A DNA stretch of 64,000 nt from a bacterium. Lineage in GTDB: Bacteria > Acidobacteriota > Blastocatellia > HR10. Where the stretch lies: the NCBI GenBank assembly GCA_041640655.1, contig JBEPZV010000002.1, positions 32,001 through 96,000 on the forward strand, read 5' to 3'. A program made the position numbers and the translations under genes. The notes under the pieces are model-generated. The model was not told the origin of the DNA, made no database searches, and saw only the letters and a list, made by a program, of their open reading frames with translations. Shown here piece by piece: positions 21,552 through 33,483 of this stretch; the first letter of the stretch is position 1; every line of letters starts with the position of its first letter.

Positions 21552-22730
21552 ATGGCGAGAGAGTGGGGGATCAACACCATCGCCGTTCACGCGGGTCGAG
21601 AGGTGAATCCGACGCGGTCGGTCGCGCCGCCGATCTTCCAAACGGCCGTCTTCGAGCTGGAGGACGCCGCCGCCGGAGCTCGGTTCGCTCAAGCCGTTGC
21701 CCCCACGGAGTACTACACGCGATGGGGCAATCCCACGACGCGACACGCCGAGGAGATCATCGCGGCTCTGGAAGGCGGCGAGCGCGCCCTCGTGCTCTCC
21801 TCAGGCATGGCCGCCATCGCGACGGCCGTGCTCGCCTGCGTCCGAAGCGGTGATCACATCGTGGCCGGACGCTCGCTCTACGCCGCCACGATGGAGCTGT
21901 TCCGGCACACGCTCCCGCGCCTGGGTATTGACGTCACGTTCGTCCCTCCCACCGATCCGGAGAACTTCCGTCGCGCCCTTCGCCCAAACACGACGCTCAT
22001 CTACGTGGAGACGCCCTCGAATCCCCGCCTGGATCTGACCGATCTGGAGGCCGTCGCTCACATCGCACGCGAACACGGCGTGTTCACCATCGCCGACAAC
22101 ACGTTCGCGACGCCGTACAACCAGCGCCCGTTGCGCCTCGGCATTGACGCTGTCGTGCACAGCGCGACGAAGTATCTCGGCGGACATCACGATCTGACGG
22201 CCGGGGCCATCGTCGGCTCCGCAGCGTTCATCGAACGCTGCTGGATGCAGGCCAAGCTCTTCGGCCCGACGCTCAGCCCCTTCGACGCGTGGCTGCTCAT
22301 CCGCGGGATGAAGACGTTCGGCCTGCGCCTGGAGCGGCAAAACGCCAATGCGCAGCGCATCGCGGAATTCCTCAACGCCCATCCGAAGGTCGCGCGCGTC
22401 TTCTATCCGGGACTGCCCGCTCATCCCCAGCACGATCTGGCCCGACGACAGATGCGGGGCTTCGGCGGGATGGTCGCCTTCGAGCTGAAGGGCGGACGGG
22501 AGGCCGGTCGCCAACTCGTCGAATCCCTCCGCCTGATCACGCTCGCCGTCAGTCTCGGCGGAGTCACTTCGCTCATTCAGCATCCGGCCTCCATGTCGCA
22601 CGGCCCGATCCCGGAAGAGGAGCGCCAGGCGACAGGCATCACCGAAGGCCTCATCCGCCTCTCGGTCGGGATCGAAGATGCGGAGGACTTAATCGCCGAT
22701 CTCGAACAAGCGCTCCGTCGTCTCCCCTAG
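21552..22730 (+). CDS. Trans-sulfuration PLP enzyme (methionine gamma-lyase/cystathionine gamma-synthase family)
   Basis: YTRWGNPT, SSGMAAI, DNTFATP, HSATKYLGGH, AVSLGG. Confidence 0.92.
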   Translation: MAREWGINTIAVHAGREVNPTRSVAPPIFQTAVFELEDAAAGARFAQAVAPTEYYTRWGNPTTRHAEEIIAALEGGERALVLSSGMAAIATAVLACVRSGDHIVAGRSLYAATMELFRHTLPRLGIDVTFVPPTDPENFRRALRPNTTLIYVETPSNPRLDLTDLEAVAHIAREHGVFTIADNTFATPYNQRPLRLGIDAVVHSATKYLGGHHDLTAGAIVGSAAFIERCWMQAKLFGPTLSPFDAWLLIRGMKTFGLRLERQNANAQRIAEFLNAHPKVARVFYPGLPAHPQHDLARRQMRGFGGMVAFELKGGREAGRQLVESLRLITLAVSLGGVTSLIQHPASMSHGPIPEEERQATGITEGLIRLSVGIEDAEDLIADLEQALRRLP

Positions 22731-22736
22731 GCGGAT

Positions 22737-23183
22737 TCACGCCGAAGGCTGACGCACGGTGAGCACCGGACAGCGCGCCAAGCGCACGATTTTCTCGGCG
22801 ACCGAGCCGAAGACGAGATGGCGCCATCCCGTGCGCCCATGCGTCGCGATGACGATCATGTCTACTGCCTGCTCCTCAGCCGCCCGCAGGATCTGCTCGG
22901 CCACGTCGCCATGCGCGATGATCGGATGGATGACGACGCGCGTCGCCAGCTCCTTCACAAACGCCGCCATCTGCCGCTCCGCCTCCTCATGGAGCGCTCG
23001 CTCGTATTCCGGCACATCGAAATGATAGGTCGGTCGCGGCTCCACATACGGGAGCGCGGGGATGACGTGGATCACATAGAGCTCCGCGCCGAAAGCTTCC
23101 GCCAAGGGAATCGCCAGATCGAACGCTCGTCGAGCGGCTTCGCTGAAATCCGTCGGACACAAGATGCGCTTCAGTTGCAGCAT
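22737..23183 (-). CDS. Universal stress protein
   Basis: ILCPTDFS...ATHGRTG...FGSVAEKIVRLARCPVLTV. Confidence 0.92.
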   Translation of the reverse strand: MLQLKRILCPTDFSEAARRAFDLAIPLAEAFGAELYVIHVIPALPYVEPRPTYHFDVPEYERALHEEAERQMAAFVKELATRVVIHPIIAHGDVAEQILRAAEEQAVDMIVIATHGRTGWRHLVFGSVAEKIVRLARCPVLTVRQPSA

Positions 23184-23266
23184 AGGCCCCTCCTCAAAAG
23201 GTTCCCCCACGCGATCCCTGGGATCGTGTGCGGTTCAGACACAGAACTCAGAGCGCGCGGTCGTAT

Positions 23267-24346
23267 TCAAGAACCCTCGGGGGACGTCGCGCCGGGGCGA
23301 AAGCCCACGCCCTCGACGGAGATCACACCCGGTCTCCCCACTTCTCCGTCCACCTCGAACTTCACGGGCAAGAATTGCTCGATGACCCAGACATTGGTCA
23401 CCAAGTGAGTGGTGATCTCCGAAACGGTCATGGTCGAGCGCCCCTCGGCCAGCGCCATGTAGAGCAGCAACTGATCCGCCAAATGCCGCTCCACCACTTT
23501 GCCGGAGCGATGATGCGCCATGAACGCGCGATGGACCTCATCGGCAACCGTCTCAGCGCGTTTCCCGACCTCGCCCAGAGCGCTGAATCCCGCCACCACA
23601 TCCCCATAATACGCGAAGGCGAACAACCCCGCTCCTTTTCCCGAAGCCGGCGCCTGCAACAACTCCACTTCGGCCACCAGCTCGGAGTGCGCCAACCGCT
23701 GCAGCAGGCGCCGACAGAAACGCTCGGCGATCGAAAGCGGGAGATTGGAGACGACGGCCAATCCCTCGATCTTGACCAACTCCTCCCGTCGGGTCAGCTC
23801 CACGGCCGACAGCCGCTCCACGGGCTCAATGTCGGCTTCGACGATCCCTCCGCCTTGAGGATACCATCCCCAACGAACCGTCTTCAGACTCGCGCGTCCT
23901 CCCATTCGGCGCAGGGCGGGCAAGAAAACTCGCTCCACGTACGTCGTCGGAGGGCTGAAGGGGACATGCGTGCCCCCTCTCAAGATCAAATGCGTCGGGC
24001 GCGGAGCGAAGAGCAGAGCGGGCAGGACGGTCTGGAAGATCAGGCTCACCGAGCCGGCGCTGGCCCGAATCTTGCTCACGTCAAATTCGTAGACGCCGCC
24101 ATCATACGTCCCCGGCCTGAAGATGAGCAACTCCGATCCCAATTCGTCCCCGAGCGTGCGCCCGCGCGTGATGTCTCGAATCGCGCGCACGGCCGTCAGA
24201 TGCTGCGGCTGCAAGCCAGGGACTTTGCGCCCACGACGGATGTTGACGATCTCCACCTCGCGCGAGAGCAAGGCCGCCAGCGCCAAACTCGTCCGCAGGA
24301 TTTGCCCCCCTCCCTCGCCGACCGATCCGTCTATGCGCACGACCAT
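23267..24346 (-). CDS. rtcA: RNA 3'-terminal phosphate cyclase
   Basis: IDGSVGEGGGQILR, GGTHV, GWYPQGGG, HLADQL. Confidence 0.94.
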   Translation of the reverse strand: MVVRIDGSVGEGGGQILRTSLALAALLSREVEIVNIRRGRKVPGLQPQHLTAVRAIRDITRGRTLGDELGSELLIFRPGTYDGGVYEFDVSKIRASAGSVSLIFQTVLPALLFAPRPTHLILRGGTHVPFSPPTTYVERVFLPALRRMGGRASLKTVRWGWYPQGGGIVEADIEPVERLSAVELTRREELVKIEGLAVVSNLPLSIAERFCRRLLQRLAHSELVAEVELLQAPASGKGAGLFAFAYYGDVVAGFSALGEVGKRAETVADEVHRAFMAHHRSGKVVERHLADQLLLYMALAEGRSTMTVSEITTHLVTNVWVIEQFLPVKFEVDGEVGRPGVISVEGVGFRPGATSPEGS

Positions 24347-24762
24347 AGCCCCACTCCCCCCGTGCCGATACCGCGATGCGGATGGAACCTCCCATCCGCC
24401 CTCGCCTCTGTCACACGGCGGCCGATCGGTATCAATTTTAGCCGGCGCACGACACAGTCTCCAATTGCCCGCAGAAGAGCACGGGCACGTCCACTTCGAG
24501 CGCGCGAGGGACACATCGGCCGGCATCTCGCGACTTCAGCCCCGCCCGAGCCTTCGAACCCTCCACCTCTGGGACCAAGGCCGCGTCCGCTTGCAATTCT
24601 CCATTCACAAGCAGATGGGGCGCGCGCGAATCGTCCGCACGGCCTCGTGCACTTACTCCCCCGATGGGCGCTCACCCTCGTGGGGAACAAGAGCGACGCG
24701 CGGCTCCAGCTCTGCGCGCCTTCGGCCGATGCGATGGCAATGTCCGCCCTAAAGGAGCCGTT

Positions 24763-25370
24763 TCAGAAACGGAGACCTAAGCCGAAAGAGAACTGGGGAT
24801 TGTGACCGGTGAAGCGTTCCGACCAAATCGGCCCGACCGCTGTCCAGCTCGCCCGACTCCCGAAGCGAACGATGGTGTCGCTAACTTCGAAGCACACAAA
24901 TCAGCGGTTCTTCTCCGGAGGAGAGGTCTCGACGACGCCTCCCACATCTGCGGCGGAATTTCCTTGATGCAGCCGCGCAATCGGCACAGCTCCATCCGCA
25001 CTGGTGAGGAAATCTTTAGTGAAGTTGAGGAGCCCTCTCCTAGCCTTCGTGAAGAACCCGACCTTCGTGAAGCGTCGTCCGACCTTCGCCCTCCATGACC
25101 ATTGGCTCTTCCAACCGTCGGCGATCCTCGAATCCGGGAAAAAAGTTCACGACCATCTCGAGAGCGACACGCTCGGTGACGTTGTATCCGATTCGAACTC
25201 CGATGCCCATAAAGGCCCTCCTCGGCTGGCCCTTGAAACTTCGCATATGGAGGATGGCCGGAGTTCCACCTCAACCCGAGACCATCAGTCCTGCGCGCGA
25301 GCCGCATCTCTTTTCGGAAGAAGGGCCATCGGGGCGATAACCTCCAGAAGGAGCTTCGGCTTTTCCCTAT
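24763..25370 (-). pseudogene. Decayed outer-membrane beta-barrel protein gene
   Basis: Fragments in different frames: ...AARAQD*WSRVEV; GIGVRIGYNVTERVALEMVVNFFP; KVGRRFTKVGFFTKAR...ADVGGVVE...*...DTIVRF...HNPQFSFGLGLRF-stop (terminal Phe); RBS followed by ATA. Confidence 0.65.
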
Positions 25371-25416
25371 TGGCTCCTCCCCTCTCGCCTTACTGCAGTG
25401 CATGCCGACAACGCCG

Positions 25417-26103
25417 TCATCCCGTGGCCAGGCGATCCCAGTCCTTCCGCTCAAGAAGTCGAACCATGAGGAAATGGAGACCGAGGACCAAGAGAACAGC
25501 GATCCCATGACCAACTACGATGAAGGACCACCGTTCGGAGAGCCGGGCGAGCGGCATGAGCTCATTGGGATAAAAGAACGCCAGAAACACGCCGCTGTAC
25601 CAGATCACGACGATGATGATCCCAGCGAGGCGATAATCGAGCCAGAGATATAAGAACAGCGCCAACTGCGTCAAAAGCACCATCACAATGGGAATCCACC
25701 TCGCGAGGGCAGTTCCAAATGACCCAAGCACATCCATCTCGTGATCCTCTTGCAACGAGAGCACCAGCGACCGAGCGACGACGACCACCGCCCCCAAGAG
25801 CAACAGCATGCTGAGCGCGACCACCTCCTTTGCGATAGCAAGATGATGTGCGCTCAACGGAAGGAGCCGAAGCAAGAACAATGTGCGCTTGGCCTTTTCC
25901 ATCCCGATGAGCCAGTACGCGATGAACATCGGGAAGAGGAACGCCACGGGAAGCAAAGCCAGCGAGAGCGTAGGGACGACTCCACCGGGTCCCAGGAGAA
26001 GAGGCAGAAGCTGAGATGTTGCGATCACCACCAGGAAGCCTAGCAGATGGGTCGCATGCTCTCGGAAGTCCTTCTTCACCAATGCCCAGATGGATGCCCT
26101 CAC
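25417..26103 (-). CDS. ABC-2 type transporter permease
   Basis: WALVKKDFRE start, EKAKRTLFLLRLLP motif, about 6 TM segments; overlaps the ATPase stop. Confidence 0.82.
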   Translation of the reverse strand: MRASIWALVKKDFREHATHLLGFLVVIATSQLLPLLLGPGGVVPTLSLALLPVAFLFPMFIAYWLIGMEKAKRTLFLLRLLPLSAHHLAIAKEVVALSMLLLLGAVVVVARSLVLSLQEDHEMDVLGSFGTALARWIPIVMVLLTQLALFLYLWLDYRLAGIIIVVIWYSGVFLAFFYPNELMPLARLSERWSFIVVGHGIAVLLVLGLHFLMVRLLERKDWDRLATG

Positions 26104-26969
26104 GCCAGCCCCAGGAACAGCTCATGCAAGGTCGGCGCCCGCACGTCGAGGACGGCGATCCCGCGAGCGGTCAATTCAGCGACAAGCCCTTCTGATTCCT
26201 GACGGCGACAGAGAAGGCGCACCGAACCGTCGCGCCCTCGAATCACAGGGAAAGCACTCCATTGCTGAGCGCTCGTCCAGGAGGCCACGGACAGAATCCT
26301 CCACTCCCTCTCCAGGTCACCCAAAGACGCATGTGTCACCACTTCGCCATGACGAATGATCACAATCTCGTCAGCTACAGCCACAACATCTTCAAGGATA
26401 TGCGAGCTGATTAAAACCGCTCGTCCCGCTTCGGGAGCGATCGCGTCCTCCCGCAGCCACTGCAAAAAGTCGGCCCGCGCGATCGGATCGAGCCCCGCCA
26501 TGGGCTCGTCCAGAAGGAGCAAGATAGGCCGATACGCCAACGCGGCGATCAATGCGAGTCCGACCCGCATGCCATGCGAGAGCTCGCGAATTTGCTTATG
26601 GGGATCGAGACGAAAGCGTTCAAGGAGCCGCTGACAATATGCGTCATCCCAGGTCGGATAGTGAGCAGCGATGAATCTCAGGAACTGCTCGACGCGCATC
26701 CAGTCGTACAACGGATGCGATTCGGCGACATATCCCACCGATCGTCGCCACGCCACCTCACCATACTCCCGCTCGACGCCCTGAAACCGGATGCTCCCCC
26801 GATCGCGCGGAATCACTCCAAGGGCACATTTGATCAACGTCGTCTTCCCCGCTCCGTTGCGTCCCAAAAGGGCAGTAACGGTCCCCCTTTTGAGGGTCAA
26901 GCTCACATCCCTCAGGGTGAACCCGGGATACGACTTCCACAAGTGCCGAATCTCCAATACCGGCACCAT
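26100..26969 (-). CDS. ABC transporter ATP-binding protein
   Basis: GRNGAGKTT, LSHGMR, LLLDEP, SSH. Confidence 0.93.
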   Translation of the reverse strand: MVPVLEIRHLWKSYPGFTLRDVSLTLKRGTVTALLGRNGAGKTTLIKCALGVIPRDRGSIRFQGVEREYGEVAWRRSVGYVAESHPLYDWMRVEQFLRFIAAHYPTWDDAYCQRLLERFRLDPHKQIRELSHGMRVGLALIAALAYRPILLLLDEPMAGLDPIARADFLQWLREDAIAPEAGRAVLISSHILEDVVAVADEIVIIRHGEVVTHASLGDLEREWRILSVASWTSAQQWSAFPVIRGRDGSVRLLCRRQESEGLVAELTARGIAVLDVRAPTLHELFLGLA

Positions 26970-27120
26970 CTCGCCCACCTCACCTTCACGCTCTCTCGTG
27001 CGACCCTCGGCTCGAAAGCTCACCGCGCTCGATGAGGAAGCCCCCTACACATACTCGGTGGAGCTCCTTTCTCAGGCGTCCCTCATCGTTCCTCAGTGCC
27101 ACGCATCACGCCCTCTGCCG

Positions 27121-27852
27121 CTACCGCACGGACTCCACCTCAGGCGGAGGAGCGAAGAGCGACAGAGGAAGATCACCTCCCATCGTGACTTTCGTCGTGA
27201 GGATCGTGATCTTACTCTCGCGCTCCATGGAAGGAGGCGTCGGGATCGCCGTGCTCTCGATCTTCCATGGGATCGCATCAGGAATGCCGATCCACAACCG
27301 CATGCGCACATCATACAGACTCAAGACCGCCGCCTCGAACACGTAACAGGGGATGCGCTCGCCCGTTCTCGTTTCGACATCTTCCTGCCCACGAAGCACG
27401 ATCTCGCGAACGATGGGGGCCGTGGGCGGAGTCAAAACCACGGCGCTTCCCATCGGCACAGGGATGAGGAGCCCAATCCATGAGTCGAACCATAACGGGC
27501 GTTGTGCATTCACCGGTCGTTTGTACCCCCGACTTCGCTCCGGATATTGGGTGACGTGCCACACCCACTGACCATCGGAAAGGATAAGCTTAGGGAACTC
27601 CCCTCGCAGCTCGAACCGGAAGAGATTCGGCCGTTTAAAGGCGGCCCAGAATTCTCGCTCCGTCCGCCGAATCATCCCCTCATACCGGGTCTCGCTGACG
27701 ACGAGCCCTTCCAGTTGCACTTCGGCGATCTGCTGCCGCCGCGCTTCGATCTCTTGGATCAGCCTTTCGGGAGCCCCTTGGCCCCAAGCGTGTCCCCAGA
27801 GAAATCCGAGCTGGAATATCACAACCCCTACTGCCCCACCTCTCCGCAACAT
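27121..27852 (-). CDS. Exported LolA-fold (lipoprotein carrier-like) protein
   Basis: Signal peptide ending HAWG/Q; FKRPNLFRFE...LILSDGQWVW and terminal FAPPP typical of the LolA superfamily. Confidence 0.72.
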   Translation of the reverse strand: MLRRGGAVGVVIFQLGFLWGHAWGQGAPERLIQEIEARRQQIAEVQLEGLVVSETRYEGMIRRTEREFWAAFKRPNLFRFELRGEFPKLILSDGQWVWHVTQYPERSRGYKRPVNAQRPLWFDSWIGLLIPVPMGSAVVLTPPTAPIVREIVLRGQEDVETRTGERIPCYVFEAAVLSLYDVRMRLWIGIPDAIPWKIESTAIPTPPSMERESKITILTTKVTMGGDLPLSLFAPPPEVESVR

Positions 27853-27907
27853 AGTCCCCTCCTCTCCGGTGCCAAGGCTCCTCTCACAACGAGCCTTGGA
27901 AGTCGTA

Positions 27908-27936
27908 AATATGAGCTGTTCGGCATATGCCGTCAA
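27908..27936 (-). promoter_or_regulatory. Possible internal promoter for the LolA-like/ABC genes
   Basis: TTGACG-N17-CATATT, followed by hairpin CCAAGGCTC-N10-GAGCCTTGG (27872-27899). Confidence 0.4.
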
Positions 27937-28001
27937 GAGAACGCATCCTCAGACGCTCCAGGCATGAGATGAGAAACGTCTCGGACTGCCCGTCCTCATC
28001 C

Positions 28002-28307
28002 TCATCTGTTATTATTCGGGCCCTCACACCACTCCTCAACACACTGATCCTGGCACCTCTCTAAATCGGAGCGAATACGGCTGCACTCTGCATTGAAAAA
28101 CACCGAGAAGACAGCAATGGCCGCAGCGATACATCCGGCGATCGCGAGCAGATTCCCTGCGCCGCAGCAGGCAGCGATTGCGGTGGAAAGACCTGCCCCC
28201 ACATAGTTCCTCAGGGTCGCATAGGAACTCTCAGCAAACTCGCGACAGCGACTCAAACAATCGGATCTGCCTTTCTCATTCATCAATCGCGAACTCGCAA
28301 GACACAT
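28002..28307 (-). CDS. Cys-rich bacteriocin-like peptide (possibly the C-terminal half of a frameshifted gene)
   Basis: 10 Cys in 101 aa, CxxxC motifs flanking a Gly/Ala-rich hydrophobic core. Confidence 0.6.
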   Translation of the reverse strand: MCLASSRLMNEKGRSDCLSRCREFAESSYATLRNYVGAGLSTAIAACCGAGNLLAIAGCIAAAIAVFSVFFNAECSRIRSDLERCQDQCVEEWCEGPNNNR

Positions 28308-28536
28308 ATAAGGTAGAGACGTCGCAATCGAAAAGGCCGGGATCGAGTCCTGGCTCAGAACACACTTCTTCCGAATGAACGATAATCCCGCCTTGGGCGT
28401 TCGGCGTACGCTTCAGCAGGCTCGCGACACGTTCGCTTTCGCCTCCTGCTGGAAGGGTTTTTGCCGAGGTAACGCACGCAGCTATTAGGGCGAGTCCAAC
28501 AGCCGCCCCTCTGAGAGCCCTCATTCTCCCGGTCAT
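28276..28536 (-). CDS. Small exported/lipoprotein-like ORF (possibly the N-terminal half of the same gene)
   Basis: RBS GAGGAGG before ATG 28536; basic n-region, hydrophobic h-region, lipobox-like IAAC. Confidence 0.6.
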   Translation of the reverse strand: MTGRMRALRGAAVGLALIAACVTSAKTLPAGGESERVASLLKRTPNAQGGIIVHSEEVCSEPGLDPGLFDCDVSTLYVSCEFAIDE

Positions 28537-28579
28537 GTGAGCCCTCCTCGCCTCAATATCCCACTTCATGGCGGCCTTG

Positions 28580-28612
28580 AGTATAGTGTCTGTCTGTCTG
28601 TCTGTCTGTCAA
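28580..28612 (-). promoter_or_regulatory. sigma70 promoter with microsatellite spacer (candidate phase-variable)
   Basis: TTGACA (28612-28607), 21 nt, TATACT (28585-28580). Confidence 0.75.
28587..28610. repeat. Tetranucleotide microsatellite (TGTC)6
   Basis: Six perfect TGTC units read directly. Confidence 0.97.
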
Positions 28613-28847
28613 GCCTTTTTTCGCGCGCTCGCGCGAGGGGTCGGTCGCGCGCCACATGGACCGAAAGAGCCGACGACCGGCATGGCCCTGGCGGGAATCG
28701 AGCACGTGACGACATGCGGTGGCGAGCAGGGAGGAATCGCCGCCCTGGTTTGGGAGCTGCTCACGGGGAGACGCGTCGAGTTCGACGATGGCCGTGCCAC
28801 AGGTTCGGGACGCTCCCCCCTGCGAGGTGACGCGCGGCCTTCGCCGC

Positions 28848-29513
28848 CTATGGCGCGTGGGCGTAGGCCGTGGGGTCGAGGAGACCGGCTTGCGCGAAGG
28901 CCTGCTGGCGCTCGGCGCATTTACTGCACCGACCGCAGTGGTGGTGACCGATGGGAGAGATGCAGGAGAAGGTCAAGTCCAGTGGGAGATGACGACCTCG
29001 CCGGATGATCTCATATTTCGAGAGCCCCCGATAGGGGGCCAGGATCGCGATCGGATGAGCCAGGCCTTGGCTCACCGTCTGCGCCATGAGAGCGAGAAAT
29101 GAAGGCGTCGCATCGGGAAAGGGATTCCCCTCGAGCAGTCCGATGGCGATGGTCGAGATGCCGCGCAGAGCGCAGAAGACGGCCGCCTTCGCCAAGAGGA
29201 TGAGATTGCGCCCCGGGAGATAGACCGAATCCCAGGCCGCCTCTCGCTCGGGGACACCATCTCCGGTCACGCTCCAATGTCTCCCGTAGATGTCCTCCAT
29301 CGGAAGCGTCATGATGGTGAGCGGCTCAAGTCGCGCATCGCGCAGACGATTGAGGAACTGCCGCAACCAATGGAGCTCGACTTCCTCCCATTGAAGCCCG
29401 CTCCGAACATAGACCGGGAAGACGCGCGCGTACCGCGGCAGCAGCTCGGCGACAAGGACCGCGCTATCCAGTCCCCCGCTGGTGAGGACGCACACAGCTG
29501 CGGATTCGCTCAT
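28848..29513 (-). CDS. queC: 7-cyano-7-deazaguanine synthase
   Basis: SGGLDS, YLPGRN, FPDAT, TFSC...HCGRCSKCAER. Confidence 0.88.
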   Translation of the reverse strand: MSESAAVCVLTSGGLDSAVLVAELLPRYARVFPVYVRSGLQWEEVELHWLRQFLNRLRDARLEPLTIMTLPMEDIYGRHWSVTGDGVPEREAAWDSVYLPGRNLILLAKAAVFCALRGISTIAIGLLEGNPFPDATPSFLALMAQTVSQGLAHPIAILAPYRGLSKYEIIRRGRHLPLDLTFSCISPIGHHHCGRCSKCAERQQAFAQAGLLDPTAYAHAP

Positions 29514-29599
29514 GGAAGACCTCCCACCCCAATCGTTCGATGGCGGAGACGAACATCCCCTGCCTGAATCTCTCCGCACACTGTGGATCCCCGAGCGCT

Positions 29600-32179
<2,580 letters not shown>

Positions 32180-33313
32180 TCACACTGTGCTCACGTCAGC
32201 CTCCTCGGCCTGGGGCGGAACAGAGGAGGAGAAGATGCGCCCGGCTTCAACGCGAAAGCGAGCGGCGCCGCTCGCCTCGACGATCTCCGGCTTTGAGGTC
32301 GTGAGGAAACATTGCGCGCGACCCTGCAGGTACCCCAGCACCCGCGCCATACGCCCCCGATCCAGCTCCGCATCCACGTCATCCAAGAGAAACACGGCCT
32401 GATCTTCAAAGACAGAATTATAGACGGAGACCTGCGCTAAATCAAGCACAATCAGCGCACTACGCTGCTGACCGAGGCTCCCATACTGCCGCAGGTTCTG
32501 CCCATCGAAGGTGATCTCCAGCTCATCCCGATGCGGCCCCACCAGGGCATAGCCGACGGCCAGCTCAGCTTGAAGCCGCACACGCAGTCGCTCGGCCAGG
32601 AGCGCCTCGTATTCGCTCAGATCCCCGTGAGCCGCCAGCGAGGAGACATACCGGATGGCAACCCGCTCCGACCCGAACAGTTCCACGGGCAGATGTTGCT
32701 GCAACTGTTCGACGTATCGCGTGCGCGCTCGATGGATGAGGGCTCCGTATCGGACGAGCTGTTCGTTCCAGACCTCGATCTCCTCGACAAAGCGCTGCGG
32801 CTCCTCGCTCTCGGCGGCGCGCTTCAGCAGGCGATTCTTCTGCATGAGGATGCGCCGGTACTGCTCCAGCGTGTGGGCGTATTTGGGGTCCAGACTCAGA
32901 ATCCCCGCATCCAGGAACTGGCGCCGATGTTCCGGCTCTCCGCGAATGATCTCCATCCGCTCGAGCGAACAGACGAACACGGCCAGATGACCGAGATACT
33001 CCGAGAGCGTCCGCCGCTTCCCATTCACGAAGAGCGCGCGCCCTCGCGGACTGAGGTGCACGGCCAGCTCCGTGCGCATCCCGCTCCGGCAGATGATCCC
33101 GCGCACCAGAGCCTGCGACTGCCCCCGCTGGATCACGTCCAGAAGGCGCGGCGTGCGAAACGAATGCGCGCAACCGAGTACGTAGATGGCTTCGAGCAAA
33201 CTGGTCTTCCCTTGCGCGTTCTCGCCGTAGAAGAGGTTCAGCTCAGGCCCCGGTTCGAGCTGCTCCCGCACGATGTTTCGGAAACTCGTGACCTCCAGGC
33301 GAAGGATTCGCAT
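32180..33313 (-). CDS. recF: DNA replication/repair protein RecF
   Basis: GENAQGKTS, GPHRDEL, GSLGQQR, LLDDVDAELD. Confidence 0.95.
   Translation of the reverse strand: MRILRLEVTSFRNIVREQLEPGPELNLFYGENAQGKTSLLEAIYVLGCAHSFRTPRLLDVIQRGQSQALVRGIICRSGMRTELAVHLSPRGRALFVNGKRRTLSEYLGHLAVFVCSLERMEIIRGEPEHRRQFLDAGILSLDPKYAHTLEQYRRILMQKNRLLKRAAESEEPQRFVEEIEVWNEQLVRYGALIHRARTRYVEQLQQHLPVELFGSERVAIRYVSSLAAHGDLSEYEALLAERLRVRLQAELAVGYALVGPHRDELEITFDGQNLRQYGSLGQQRSALIVLDLAQVSVYNSVFEDQAVFLLDDVDAELDRGRMARVLGYLQGRAQCFLTTSKPEIVEASGAARFRVEAGRIFSSSVPPQAEEADVSTV
32417..32445 (-). promoter_or_regulatory. Putative gyrB promoter inside the recF 3' end
   Basis: TTGATT-N17-TATAAT in a locally AT-rich codon patch. Confidence 0.6.
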
Positions 33314-33483
33314 GGTCTACGTCCGGCGATCCCTCGGCGCACCCACGCCTCTCAAGCCCGAAGCCGCTCGCACCAGGAGCGCTCGAAGGCATTCGAAGGG
33401 ACGCCTTCGGTATCGGCCTTCTGGCCGTGCCCTCGTCAAAGGCCACGCGATCGCGTTCCAGGCGCCCACTCCCGGCGATCCGC

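Noticed and set aside
28276..28278. TGA of ORF1 as selenocysteine readthrough
   Set aside because: Readthrough meets another stop soon after, does not enter the Cys-rich frame, and no SECIS-like hairpin is evident
24350..28850. Integrase, transposase or att repeats bounding the accessory cassette
   Set aside because: None seen, so it is not called a mobile element
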